This document shows positions 1 to 9,037 of a DNA stretch of 64,000 nt, piece by piece. Made by a program: the position numbers and the translations under genes. The stretch spans positions 4,171-68,170 of the forward strand of contig JASHOK010000055.1 in assembly GCA_030041175.1 (NCBI GenBank), read 5' to 3'. The notes beneath the pieces were generated by a model. The model was given only the letters and a program-made list of their open reading frames with translations, searched no databases and had not been told where the DNA came from. Numbering within the stretch: position 1 is the stretch's first letter; every line of letters begins with the position of its first letter. This stretch comes from Thermoplasmata archaeon. GTDB lineage: Archaea > Thermoplasmatota > Thermoplasmata > Lutacidiplasmatales > UBA184.

Positions 1-87
1 TCGCCGGAGCGCAGTCATCTCGAAACCGAGCCCGGCGGTCAGGGACCGAGATGGGTCACAGGAGAAAACCACGACAGGTGAGCTAAG

Positions 88-121
88 TTCTAATATATGA
101 GTCGAAATTCCGATATCGGAA
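88..121 (+). promoter_or_regulatory. AT-rich TATA-like box (ttctaatatatgag) followed by a perfect 14-bp palindrome TTCCGATATCGGAA (108-121), ending 10 nt upstream of the PadR start
   Basis: Read directly from the sequence. It is an AT-rich island in an otherwise about 70% GC context, with a perfect palindrome immediately before the start codon at 131. Confidence 0.5.
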
Positions 122-130
122 AAGCGAGCC

Positions 131-541
131 ATGTGGGGTCGAAAGAAGCGCGGACTCCGGCACTGGGTGATACTCATTCTCCGCCGGCAGCCGAGGAACG
201 GTGCGGAGATCATGGACGACATGGAGTTTATGACTCATGGCTGGTGGAGGCCGTCCCCCGGGTCGGTGTACCCACTCCTCGACGAGATGCTGAAGGACGG
301 GACAATCCGGAAGCGGGACGATAGCCGGTACGAACTGGTGCCGTCCGCGGCGACCGAGGACCTCTGGGGGCACGGGTGGCGGATGGGAGCCGGACCGCGA
401 ACTCCGCAGGATATCGTCCAGGAACTGTCCGGACTCACGGCGTACCTGGAGGATCTCCGCCGGACGCAACCCCACGCCACGGATCCGGTCCAGGGAGATC
501 TCGACTCGGTCGCCGAACGACTTCGGAAGATGAGGAACTGA
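131..541 (+). CDS. PadR-family transcriptional regulator
   Basis: 136 aa. Winged-helix PadR signature (HWVILILRR...SPGSVYPLLDEMLKDGTI) and typical PadR length. Confidence 0.75.
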   Translation: MWGRKKRGLRHWVILILRRQPRNGAEIMDDMEFMTHGWWRPSPGSVYPLLDEMLKDGTIRKRDDSRYELVPSAATEDLWGHGWRMGAGPRTPQDIVQELSGLTAYLEDLRRTQPHATDPVQGDLDSVAERLRKMRN

Positions 542-551
542 GGGGAATCTG

Positions 552-1574
552 ATGCAGCAGCAAGGAATCATCCACGCGGAAGGTCTGGTCAAGGTCTACA
601 ACGGGAAGGTCAAAGCGGTCAACGGGGTCAGTTTCGACGTACGGCCCGGAGAGATCTTCGGCTTCCTCGGTCCGAACGGCGCCGGCAAGACCACCACGGT
701 GTCGATGCTCTCCGCCGGCCTGGCTCCCACTTCGGGACAGGCGGTCGTGGAGGGGCTGAACGTCAGCGTAGATCCCGAGGGCGTCAAGCGTCGCATCGGT
801 GTGATCTTTCAGGAATCGACCGCGGACCAGGACCTCACGGGCCGGGAGAACCTCGAGGTTGCGGCCGGCTGTTACAACATTCCCGCCGCGGAAGCCCGGA
901 CCCGGTCGGAGAGCCTGATCGAGCTCATGCAGCTCAAGGACGCCGCAGACCGGCTCGTCAAGACGTACTCCGGCGGGATGCGTCGCCGACTCGAACTCGC
1001 CGTCGGGCTGGTCCACCAGCCCCGGGTGCTCTTCCTGGACGAGCCGACGCTCGGGCTCGACCCGCAGGGTCGCGCCGGCTTCTGGTCGTTCATCCAGAAG
1101 CTGCGGAACGAACACGGCCTCACCGTCTTTGTCACGACTCACTATCTCGACGAGGCCGACACGATGTGCGACCGCATCGCAATCATCGACCACGGGAACA
1201 TCGTCGCCACCGGTAGCGCGAACGAGCTCAAGGACCGGCTCGGCGGCGACATCGTCACCCTCAAGACGACCCCCGGATCCATGGACCTGACCTCCCTGAT
1301 CACGGGTCTGCCCGGCGTCAACTCGGTCCAGAAACAGGACAGCAGCTACCGGGTCAAGTGCACGAACGGAGAGCCGTTCGTTCCGCTGGCGGTGGAAGCG
1401 TGCACGCGGGCTGGCGTCGGCGTGACCGGCGTCACCGTGAAGCGACCGAGCCTCGACGAGGTGTTCCTAGAGTTCACCGGGCGAGAATACCGGGAGGAAG
1501 GTGAGGGCCTCACGGCCACCGACCGTGCGGTCATGCTGCAACGGGTGCAGGGCCGGCTCGGAGGACGGCGCTGA
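552..1574 (+). CDS. ABC transporter ATP-binding protein (ABC-2 / daunorubicin-resistance type)
   Basis: Walker A GPNGAGKTT, ABC signature YSGGMRRR, Walker B LLFLDEPT. Confidence 0.9.
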   Translation: MQQQGIIHAEGLVKVYNGKVKAVNGVSFDVRPGEIFGFLGPNGAGKTTTVSMLSAGLAPTSGQAVVEGLNVSVDPEGVKRRIGVIFQESTADQDLTGRENLEVAAGCYNIPAAEARTRSESLIELMQLKDAADRLVKTYSGGMRRRLELAVGLVHQPRVLFLDEPTLGLDPQGRAGFWSFIQKLRNEHGLTVFVTTHYLDEADTMCDRIAIIDHGNIVATGSANELKDRLGGDIVTLKTTPGSMDLTSLITGLPGVNSVQKQDSSYRVKCTNGEPFVPLAVEACTRAGVGVTGVTVKRPSLDEVFLEFTGREYREEGEGLTATDRAVMLQRVQGRLGGRR

Positions 1575-2425
1575 TGTTGCGTGAACTCGGCGCCCTCACG
1601 CGGCGCGAGTTCCTCAAGATCTCGCGGAACCCGCAGGCGATCTTCACGTCCCTGCTGCTTCCGCTCCTGTATCTGCTCCTCTTCGGACAAGGCTTCAACA
1701 TCAACCCGGCGGCGTTCCTTCCCGCCGGCACTCCGGAGTCGGTCAAGCTCGCCGTGATCCACGCCTACTTCCGAGGCGCTCCGAGCTACTACTCGTACTT
1801 CGCCGCGGGCATGGTCGGTTTCGTTTCCGTCACCGCCACCCTGTTCATCGGCGCGAACGTGATCTTCGACAAGCTCTTCGGAATCTTCAAGCGGACCCGG
1901 GGCACCCCGGCGCCGTCGGCCGCGGTCTTCGGGTCGCGGCTCATTGCCGGGTCCGCGCAGCCGGTGCTGCTCGCGTTCTTCGTCCTGGGGCTGGCCATCC
2001 TGTTCGCCCACGTTCCGGGCCTCACCGGGATGCAGATCACCCAGTCGGTCGGCATCGTGGGAGGTCTCGAGATCCTCGCGGCCATCCTCCTGATCTCGCT
2101 CCTGTTCGCCACGATCTTCCTGACGTTCGGCATCCTGCTGGAGCAGCCGCAGACCTACTTCGCCGCCGTGAACGTGATCAATCTGCCGGTACTGCTCACG
2201 TCGGACGCGCTCTACCCCTGGGGCGCGATGCCGAAGTGGCTGCAGACCGCCTCGCAGTACAACCCGGTCTCGCTGGCGGTCAACGTCCTCCGGGAAACGC
2301 TCTACGGCTCGTCGGCCTATCCGTTTCCGCCGGGAATCTACCTCCTGGGTCTGTTCGCGTGGTTCGCCGTTCTGGGAACGATTGCCGTGCTGCTCGTGCG
2401 ACGGGCCCTGCGGCCCCTCGCCTAG
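1574..2425 (+). CDS. ABC-2 family transporter permease
   Basis: Hydrophobic multi-TM protein with its start overlapping the upstream ATPase stop; classic ABC-2 pair. Confidence 0.8.
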   Translation: MLRELGALTRREFLKISRNPQAIFTSLLLPLLYLLLFGQGFNINPAAFLPAGTPESVKLAVIHAYFRGAPSYYSYFAAGMVGFVSVTATLFIGANVIFDKLFGIFKRTRGTPAPSAAVFGSRLIAGSAQPVLLAFFVLGLAILFAHVPGLTGMQITQSVGIVGGLEILAAILLISLLFATIFLTFGILLEQPQTYFAAVNVINLPVLLTSDALYPWGAMPKWLQTASQYNPVSLAVNVLRETLYGSSAYPFPPGIYLLGLFAWFAVLGTIAVLLVRRALRPLA

Positions 2426-3159
2426 TCGGCCCCCCGCTCGTCGGACGGGACCGGGACCTCGCCCCGGGGCGGGGCCTCGGTCGTCGCGAGGAACCGCGCC
2501 ACCAGACGACCCTCGGCCCTTCGCAGCATCTTGCTGAGGGCCGGCGGACTCTGTCCTGTCACTTTGGCGAGCCGCGTGAGCGACGTCCGTCGAGGAACTC
2601 CGTAGTAGCCGAGGGCCCAGGCGCGCGAGAGAATGCTCCGCTGACGATCGGTGAGCTCCTCGGAGCCCGACGGTCCCCCGTACGGTCGGCCCGAGGTCCG
2701 GAGTACCTGGAACGGCATCCCGTCCCGACCCAGCCGGGCGACCACGCGACGGAGGGCGACCTCGTCGCCGTAGAACGTGGCGACCGTGTGTTCAGGGTCC
2801 GCCCGGAACGGGGCCACGGGAGTGATCTCGCCTCCCGCCACGGTGAGCAGGCGGGCGATCTCCGGAGGGTTCCGCTGCCGGACGAGGAGAATGTAGTCCC
2901 GGGTGCGCGGGCGTCGCTCCACCAGCTCGAGACTCTCGAGTCCGTACATCCGACGGATGCGGAGAGACTCCCGCGCGAGCTCTGCTGCCGTACGCAGCGG
3001 GCCCCGGCGTCGGACGCGGAGCAGCTGCAGCCGCCAGCCGCGCTCGAGGCGCAGGGTCTCGAGCAGTTCCACCTCCTCGTATCGGGAGAAAAACCCCGGT
3101 GGGATGAGCCCGATGGCCTCGAGGTCGGCGGTCCGGAACCGGAAGGAGATCGTCTTCAT
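2422..3159 (-). CDS. HTH_10 (bacterio-opsin-activator-type) transcriptional regulator
   Basis: The C-terminal HTH motif LTDRQRSILSRAWALGYYGVPRRTSLTRLAKVTGQSPPALSKMLRRAEGRL is typical of the archaeal Bat/HTH_10 family. Start taken at MKTISF (ATG at 3157-3159). The long upstream extension of the six-frame ORF is rejected. Confidence 0.6.
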   Translation of the reverse strand: MKTISFRFRTADLEAIGLIPPGFFSRYEEVELLETLRLERGWRLQLLRVRRRGPLRTAAELARESLRIRRMYGLESLELVERRPRTRDYILLVRQRNPPEIARLLTVAGGEITPVAPFRADPEHTVATFYGDEVALRRVVARLGRDGMPFQVLRTSGRPYGGPSGSEELTDRQRSILSRAWALGYYGVPRRTSLTRLAKVTGQSPPALSKMLRRAEGRLVARFLATTEAPPRGEVPVPSDERGAD

Positions 3160-3217
3160 CGGCCGCCCGCGGAGGGCTGTGACGAGGTTCTCATATGAAC
3201 CCCCGGTTCGGAGTCGG

Positions 3218-3259
3218 ACGCCGCCCTCGGTTAAATAACGTCCCGCGCTGAGCGGCGTC
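3218..3259 (+). promoter_or_regulatory. TATA-like box TTAAATAA (3231-3238) flanked by an 8-bp inverted repeat GACGCCGC...GCGGCGTC, located 24 nt upstream of the ubiD ATG
   Basis: Read from the sequence. Sits in the divergent intergenic region between the HTH_10 regulator and ubiD. Confidence 0.45.
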
Positions 3260-3261
3260 CG

Positions 3262-4743
3262 ATGGGCTTCCGAGCACTGGGAGACTTCCTCGCCGCCCTC
3301 GAGGCGCAGGGCGACCTCCGCCGGATTCGGGAGCCGGTCAGTCGGGATCTGGAGATCACCGAAATCACACAGCGGACGATCCGCAAGGACGGACCGGCGT
3401 TGCTCTTCGAGAACGTCACCGGCAGCTCGATGCCGGTAGCGATGAACGTCCTCGGGTCGTCTCGACGCATCGCTCGGGCGCTCGGCGCCGCGTCTCTCGA
3501 GGCGCCGATGGATCGCATCGCTCGCCTCGTCCGGCTTCGACCCCCGGCGGGCGTGGTGGGCGCGCTCAAGGACCTTGGCGGGACCCTCCAGACACTCGAT
3601 GTGCTGCGCACGCTGGCGCCGAAGCGGGTGTCCAGCGCTCCCTGTCAGGAGACGGAAACCTCCTCCGTGAATCTCGACTCCCTTCCCATCCTGAGATGCT
3701 GGCCGGGGGACGGTGGCCGTACCGTCACCTTTCCGATCGTCGTGACCCAGGATCCGGAGACGGGCGAGAGCCACACGGGCATCTACCGGCTCCAGCAGTA
3801 CGGGCCCGACACCCTCGGCATGCATTTCCAGGTCCATCGGGTCGGGGCCAACAACTACCGAAAGTGGTGCGCCCGGGGCGAACGGATGCCGGTCGCGGCG
3901 GTGATCGGTTCCGACCCGGCGACCGTTCTGGCAGGGCTCGCTCCCGTTCCGGAGGGAATCTCCAATTTCGTCTTCGCCGGATTCCTCCGGGAAGAACCGC
4001 TCGAGCTCGTTCCGTGCCGAACGATCCCGCTCGAGGTGCCGGCCCAAGCGGAGCTGGTTCTCGAGGGCTTCGTCGACCCGACCGAGCGCCACGTGGAAGG
4101 CCCGTTCGGCGACCACACCGGCTATTACTCAGCCCCGGAACCGTTTCCGGTCTTCCATGTCACCCACATCACGAGCCGCCGCCAGCCGGTCTATCTGGGG
4201 ACGGTCACAGGCAAACCCCCGACCGAGGACTCCGTACTGGGGAAGGCGGTCGAGCGCCTCTTTCTACCGGTGATCCGCCTCGTACTGCCCGAGATCGTCG
4301 ACATGGACCTCCCGGCGGAGGGCCTCTTCATCAACGTCGCTGTCGTCTCGATCCGGAAGGCCTACCCGTATCACGCGCGCAAGGTCATGCACGCGCTCTG
4401 GGGCCTCGGCCAGATGATGTTCACCCGATACATCATCGTGGTCGACGAAGACGTCAACGTCCACGACCGTTCCGAAGTGCTCTATCGGGTCGGGCTGCAA
4501 GCCGATCCGGAACGGGACCTGGAGCTGGTGCATGGCCCGGTCGACCAGCTATCGATCTCGAACCCGGTGCCGAACCTGGGGGGAAAGATCGGCATCGACG
4601 CCACTCGAAAGCGCCCGGATGAGAACTTTCCGCGGCCCTGGCCCGAGGAGATTCGGATGGACCCCGCCGTCGTCGCCCGAATCGATCAGCTGGTGGCCCG
4701 GGCGCCGTCGCTGGCGTTCCTCCGGGACGCGCGGGCGTCGTGA
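3262..4743 (+). CDS. ubiD: UbiD-family (prenylated-FMN-dependent) decarboxylase
   Basis: 493 aa with UbiD-family similarity across the whole length; stop overlaps the start of the downstream UbiA gene. Confidence 0.8.
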   Translation: MGFRALGDFLAALEAQGDLRRIREPVSRDLEITEITQRTIRKDGPALLFENVTGSSMPVAMNVLGSSRRIARALGAASLEAPMDRIARLVRLRPPAGVVGALKDLGGTLQTLDVLRTLAPKRVSSAPCQETETSSVNLDSLPILRCWPGDGGRTVTFPIVVTQDPETGESHTGIYRLQQYGPDTLGMHFQVHRVGANNYRKWCARGERMPVAAVIGSDPATVLAGLAPVPEGISNFVFAGFLREEPLELVPCRTIPLEVPAQAELVLEGFVDPTERHVEGPFGDHTGYYSAPEPFPVFHVTHITSRRQPVYLGTVTGKPPTEDSVLGKAVERLFLPVIRLVLPEIVDMDLPAEGLFINVAVVSIRKAYPYHARKVMHALWGLGQMMFTRYIIVVDEDVNVHDRSEVLYRVGLQADPERDLELVHGPVDQLSISNPVPNLGGKIGIDATRKRPDENFPRPWPEEIRMDPAVVARIDQLVARAPSLAFLRDARAS

Positions 4744-5621
4744 ACGCCGACGCCGCGTCGCCCTCCGGATGGGCCCGGGAGCTCGGACGGTTCCTCGAGA
4801 TCCAGAACCTGGGCCTCAATCTTCCCTTCGGCCTCGCGTTCCTGCTGGCGGCGGCGAACGGCCTCCCCCGATGGCAGACGTTCCTGCTGGTGATCGTCGC
4901 GCTGCTCGCCGCTCGTAACGCGGGGCACTCCTTCAATCGATGGACCGACCGGTTCCTCGACGCGCGGAATCCACGGACCCAGGGGCGCGCCCTGGTCACG
5001 GGCCGGATGACCCCCCGGATGGCCCTGACCTTGACCGTACTCAGCGCCGCTGTCCTCGTGATCGCGGCGTTCTTCCTGAACCGGCTCTCCCTCGAGCTCT
5101 CGCCGCTCGCGCTGCTCCTGATTTTCGGGTACAGCTACACGAAACGGTTCACCGCGTTCACCACGGTGTTCTTGGGACTGGTCGAGGCCCTCGTTCCGGC
5201 GGGCGTGTTCATCGCCGTGACCGGAGCGTTGCCGGTCGCGGCGGTGGTGGCCGTGTTCGCCGTCCTCGCCTGGGGCACCGCCTTTGAGACGATCCACAGC
5301 TTGGGCGACCTGTCCACCGACCAGGCTCTCGGACTCTACTCGTTACCCCGACAGCTCGGCCGAGATCGCAGCATCCTTCTCGTTGCGCTCAGTCACGCGG
5401 TCGCGCTCGGGCTGTTCGCCCTCTTCGGCCTCCTGGAACACTTCAGCCTCCCCTACTGGGCGGCGTGGGCGGCGATGGTGGCGGTCGTGATCCCCTCCGA
5501 CGTGGCCCTCCCCCGGGAGCTTGGCCAGACGCGGGTGCCGTTCCAGCGGCACTTCGTCCTGGCGATGATCTTTCTGGTCGGCGTAGCCACCGCCCTGGCG
5601 TTCCCGGGCCTTCGACTCTAG
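4740..5621 (+). CDS. ubiA: UbiA-family aromatic prenyltransferase
   Basis: Polytopic membrane protein with an NRWTDRFLDARNPRT Asp-rich motif; 4-nt overlap with ubiD. Confidence 0.8.
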   Translation: MNADAASPSGWARELGRFLEIQNLGLNLPFGLAFLLAAANGLPRWQTFLLVIVALLAARNAGHSFNRWTDRFLDARNPRTQGRALVTGRMTPRMALTLTVLSAAVLVIAAFFLNRLSLELSPLALLLIFGYSYTKRFTAFTTVFLGLVEALVPAGVFIAVTGALPVAAVVAVFAVLAWGTAFETIHSLGDLSTDQALGLYSLPRQLGRDRSILLVALSHAVALGLFALFGLLEHFSLPYWAAWAAMVAVVIPSDVALPRELGQTRVPFQRHFVLAMIFLVGVATALAFPGLRL

Positions 5622-5729
5622 AGTTCCTGTCGCCGGACACATGGTTGTACGGAGGGAGCCCACAGGTTCGAGGCCTCTCCACGCGTCCCGGTGACAACCG
5701 CCATAACCCGGGGCCGACTCGTCCCCGCC

Positions 5730-6086
5730 ATGCCGCAGGTGATGATCGGCCTCTCGGCGCGGGACTACAAGACCACGAACGAGGTCTGGCGGCTCGCGAA
5801 ACGCCACCTCAATCCGATCGTGCGTCGGCGGATCGGCTGGCGCGGACGCTCGAGCTTCCTCCGCCAGCTCATCCTCTACGGATTCGAACGAGCGAGTGAA
5901 AACCCGGCCGCCTTCCTCCACGAGGTTCGAGAGACCCACGACCCCCTGATCGGAAAGCGCGGGCGCTCGGAGGCCGGAGCCGAGCGACGCGAGGCGCTGA
6001 TCACCGCCTGGGCCGGGTTCTTCCCCTCGGACGCCGTTCCCGCGCGGCGGTCGCGCAAGACCTCACCCGGCCGTGGAGCGGAGTGA
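5730..6086 (+). CDS. hypothetical protein, possible ribbon-helix-helix DNA-binding protein
   Basis: ORF with GC3-biased codons. The N-terminus MPQVMIGLSARDYKTTNEVWRLAKRH resembles an RHH beta-strand and helix. The start could instead be at 5691. Confidence 0.4.
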   Translation: MPQVMIGLSARDYKTTNEVWRLAKRHLNPIVRRRIGWRGRSSFLRQLILYGFERASENPAAFLHEVRETHDPLIGKRGRSEAGAERREALITAWAGFFPSDAVPARRSRKTSPGRGAE

Positions 6087-8029
6087 CGGGCGCGGGGGCC
6101 ATCGACTCCCCTGTGTCAGCGCCGGAATCGCGGCCGCGGCCCGCCGTTCATCGTTCCCTGGTGCCGGGGACGGGGGCGCTCCTACCGGGCGCCGCTCAGC
6201 TGGGTCCGCTCCAGCTGGAATCACCGACGGTCCTCTGGGCCCGACCCGACGGATCGCGCCTGGGCGAGGGTCGCTCGGGCACTCCAGTCGAGCTCCTGGT
6301 GGATGATTCCGTACCCGCCGGGCAACGGGCGCTTCGACTCCGGCAGGGCCCGCTCGAATTGCGCCTCCGGTTTCCCGTCCCGACGCCCGAGATCTCGGGG
6401 ACCTCCGGCCTCTGGTTCCGGGTCGTTCCGGGGGTCGCCTACGTGCACGGCCCTCTGTCGGAGGCACAGTGGACGGAACTCCGCACCGAACGCCCCGACC
6501 TGATGGTCCTCGGAAATGCGCGAGCGCTCTGGCAGGATGGAGAGCCGTTCGTCCAGACGGTCGCAGACCTCCGTCGCCGCATGGGCGGCTACCCGTTTCT
6601 GTGGACCCCCCGGGTGGCGCTCCCCCACCGGTTGAGTCTGCTGGCCTGGCTCGGCGTGGATCTCGTCGATACGACGGAGGGCCTCTGGGCCGCTGCCCAG
6701 GGAACGTACCTCGATGCCACCCTGGGGTCCGTCGAGTCCCAGACCGCACGTCGTCACGGGACCTGCCCGTGTCCGGCCTGTCAATCCGAGGAACCGGGAT
6801 CTCTCGAAGCGCATGCCGAGTGGGTGTTCGCCCACGAGAACGCCCGGGTTCGACTCGCCGTCCACGAGGGGCGGCTCCGCGAACTGGTCGAGGCCCGGCT
6901 GACGGCCGAACCGGCGATGGCCGAGATGCTGCGGTTCGCGGATCAGCGGCTGGGACCCTTGCTCGAAGGTCGGACCCCGGTGGCAAACCGGCAGACCCGG
7001 ACCTATGTCCTCCGCGAGTCGCGCCGTCGGCCCGAGGTCACCCGGTTCCTCACCCGGGTCCGGGAGCGGTACCGTCCTCCGCCGTCGAAGCGAGTGCTCC
7101 TGCTCGTGCCCTGCTCGCGGACGAAACCGTATCGGAACTCGCGGAGCCATCGTCGCTTCGCCCGGTCGTGGGAGAGCTGGGGACCCGCCCCGCTCCTGCA
7201 CGTGGTCTCTGTCTCCTCCCCCCTCGGCCTCGTTCCTCGCGACCTGGAGGACGTGTTCCCGGCCCGGGACTACGATATTCCGGTCACCGGCGAATGGGAC
7301 GAGGACGAGCGAGAGGCCGTTCTGCGGGCGCTGGAAATCTTCGTCGGGCGGGGACAGTACACCCAGGCCGTTGTTCATCTGGACCCGGTCGAGTACCGGT
7401 TCCTGCACGGGGCCCTTCCCGGGCGACTGCACCCCCGATGGACCCTCGAGGACGAGCACACGACGAGCGCCGGCGCCCTGCAGTCCCTGAGGTCCGCGCT
7501 GGAGGAGAGCGACCTCGGCCCGTCGCCCCCTGCCCTCGGACCGCTGGGGGCCGCGAAGGAAGGACTGAAGGCCCTGGCCCGCTTTCAGTTCGGTCCCGAG
7601 GGCAGCGAACGTCTCTTCGCCCCGCCGACGCGACTCGAGGGGCGCCCGTGGAGCCTACGACTGAACGACGGGCGGGGCGTGACTCTCGCTACCTGGGCTG
7701 AGGAGCGGGGGCTCTTCCAGCTGACGGCGGCGGGTGGAGAACGGCTGCTCCCGGCCAACACGCTCTGGGTCGAGGTCGACCCCGGTGTTTCGCTGTCGGG
7801 AGACCTGTTCACCCCCGGCGTCCGCGGAGCGGATCCCGCTATCGCGCCGGGGGATGCCGTACTCCTGCGCCGAGACAACCTCCTCCTCGGAGTGGGCGAG
7901 GCGGTGCTCTCGGGACCCCTGATGACCGAGCTGCCGCGCGGTCTCGCCGTGAGGGTCCGGCACCGGGCGCACCGAACCGACAGTTCCATGTCGCCGGCGT
8001 CGTCTAGCGTGGGTGGGCCGGTAGTCTAG
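6083..8029 (+). CDS. arcS: archaeosine synthase ArcS-like protein (TGT-like Zn-binding region, DUF5591-like core and C-terminal PUA domain)
   Basis: Cys cluster CPCPAC, a conserved LLLVPCSRTKPY...DYDIPVTGEWD block and a PUA-like C-terminus (LWVEVDPGV...GDAVLL). The stop at 8027-8029 lies inside tRNA-Val. Confidence 0.6.
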   Translation: MTGAGAIDSPVSAPESRPRPAVHRSLVPGTGALLPGAAQLGPLQLESPTVLWARPDGSRLGEGRSGTPVELLVDDSVPAGQRALRLRQGPLELRLRFPVPTPEISGTSGLWFRVVPGVAYVHGPLSEAQWTELRTERPDLMVLGNARALWQDGEPFVQTVADLRRRMGGYPFLWTPRVALPHRLSLLAWLGVDLVDTTEGLWAAAQGTYLDATLGSVESQTARRHGTCPCPACQSEEPGSLEAHAEWVFAHENARVRLAVHEGRLRELVEARLTAEPAMAEMLRFADQRLGPLLEGRTPVANRQTRTYVLRESRRRPEVTRFLTRVRERYRPPPSKRVLLLVPCSRTKPYRNSRSHRRFARSWESWGPAPLLHVVSVSSPLGLVPRDLEDVFPARDYDIPVTGEWDEDEREAVLRALEIFVGRGQYTQAVVHLDPVEYRFLHGALPGRLHPRWTLEDEHTTSAGALQSLRSALEESDLGPSPPALGPLGAAKEGLKALARFQFGPEGSERLFAPPTRLEGRPWSLRLNDGRGVTLATWAEERGLFQLTAAGGERLLPANTLWVEVDPGVSLSGDLFTPGVRGADPAIAPGDAVLLRRDNLLLGVGEAVLSGPLMTELPRGLAVRVRHRAHRTDSSMSPASSSVGGPVV

Positions 8030-8090
8030 CGGTGATGATGCCGCGCTTACAACGCGGAGATCGGCGGTTCGAATCCGTCCCGGCCCACCA
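8015..8090 (+). tRNA. tRNA-Val (anticodon TAC) with encoded CCA
   Basis: Acceptor stem GGGCCGG/CCGGCCC, anticodon stem CCGCG/CGCGG with loop CTTACAA, T-loop GGTTCGAATCC, discriminator A, then CCA. Confidence 0.85.
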
Positions 8091-8143
8091 TCGGTCCACC
8101 GCTCCGGCGAGGATCGGCCGCCCGACAGTGGGCGGAAAGCGCC

Positions 8144-9037
8144 CTAGCCGGCGGCCGGCGTCTTTCGGTTCATCCAGTCGACGACCGGCCCGAACGTCGC
8201 CGGCGGAATCACGGCGTGTCGAGCACCGTTCAGGACCAGGACTTCCTTGTCGGGAGCCGGTACGCTGGCGGCAAACTCCCGGACGCTCTCCGCGGTGAAC
8301 AGCTCGTCCTTGTCGCCGACGGCAAAGAGAATCGGAAACCGGGGAGATCCCTCGAAGCGCAGGTTCGGACTGTCGAGCCGGCCCTCGCGGAGCATGCGCG
8401 CTAGTCGGAGGGCCCCGACCCCGTACAGCACGGAATAGAAACGGGCCGAGTATCGGAAGTTGAAGAGCGGGTCACTCAGTCCGCGCATTCCCTGACGGGA
8501 ATAGGGGATCATCGGCACGCCCCGGAGGAGGGTCGCTGCGACGAGCCCCCGCAGTGCGGAGCCAACGGTCGGCCGGGCGAACGCGTGAACCTGGATCCGC
8601 GTCGCCGCGCTCAGGAGGACTAGTCCGTTCACCGCGTCCGGCACGGTCCGCTGAGCGACGACCGCCACCATGGCTCCGAGACTGTGACCGAGCAGGATCA
8701 GCTGTCGCGCCGAGCGGCGCACGTGCGTCACGGTTTCCCGGAGGTCGGCGCGAAACCTCTCCGCGCTGGGATAGTCGCCCCGTCGTCCGTCGGAGAGCCC
8801 GTGCCCGCGGAGGTCCAGGGCGATGGTCGTGTATCCGGCCTCCGCGAGCGGGGCGGCGATCATCGGTCCGTAGGGTCCTCCGTACGCCGTGATCCCGTGG
8901 AATAGCAGCACCGTAGCGCGAGCCGGACCGGCCGGATCCCACCGATGCAGGAAGAGGGTCCGGCCATCCGAGGCTTGCAGCAGCTCGTGGGGCCCCGCGA
9001 ACGCGGCGCGCAATCCGGCCACATCGACGTCGCTCAT
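8144..9037 (-). CDS. alpha/beta-fold hydrolase (lysophospholipase / carboxylesterase-like)
   Basis: GHSLGA nucleophile elbow and HGITAYGGPY. Start taken at MSDVDV, where the ATG forms an ATGA overlap with the upstream gene's stop. Confidence 0.7.
   Translation of the reverse strand: MSDVDVAGLRAAFAGPHELLQASDGRTLFLHRWDPAGPARATVLLFHGITAYGGPYGPMIAAPLAEAGYTTIALDLRGHGLSDGRRGDYPSAERFRADLRETVTHVRRSARQLILLGHSLGAMVAVVAQRTVPDAVNGLVLLSAATRIQVHAFARPTVGSALRGLVAATLLRGVPMIPYSRQGMRGLSDPLFNFRYSARFYSVLYGVGALRLARMLREGRLDSPNLRFEGSPRFPILFAVGDKDELFTAESVREFAASVPAPDKEVLVLNGARHAVIPPATFGPVVDWMNRKTPAAG

Noticed and set aside
2236-3198. 320-aa plus-strand ORF overlapping the HTH_10 regulator
   Set aside because: Pro/Arg/Gly-rich with no motifs. 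The opposite strand has the HTH domain.
3160-4116. Upstream 318 codons of the 564-aa minus ORF ending in the HTH_10 regulator
   Set aside because: Antisense to ubiD. Only the last 246 codons carry a recognisable domain and a sensible divergent promoter.
6063-7701. Long Pro/Arg/Gly-rich ORFs (6063-6986 minus, 6221-7459 minus, 6469-7701 plus) overlapping arcS
   Set aside because: Low-complexity translations without domain signatures. The arcS frame carries the conserved Cys cluster, DUF5591-like and PUA blocks.
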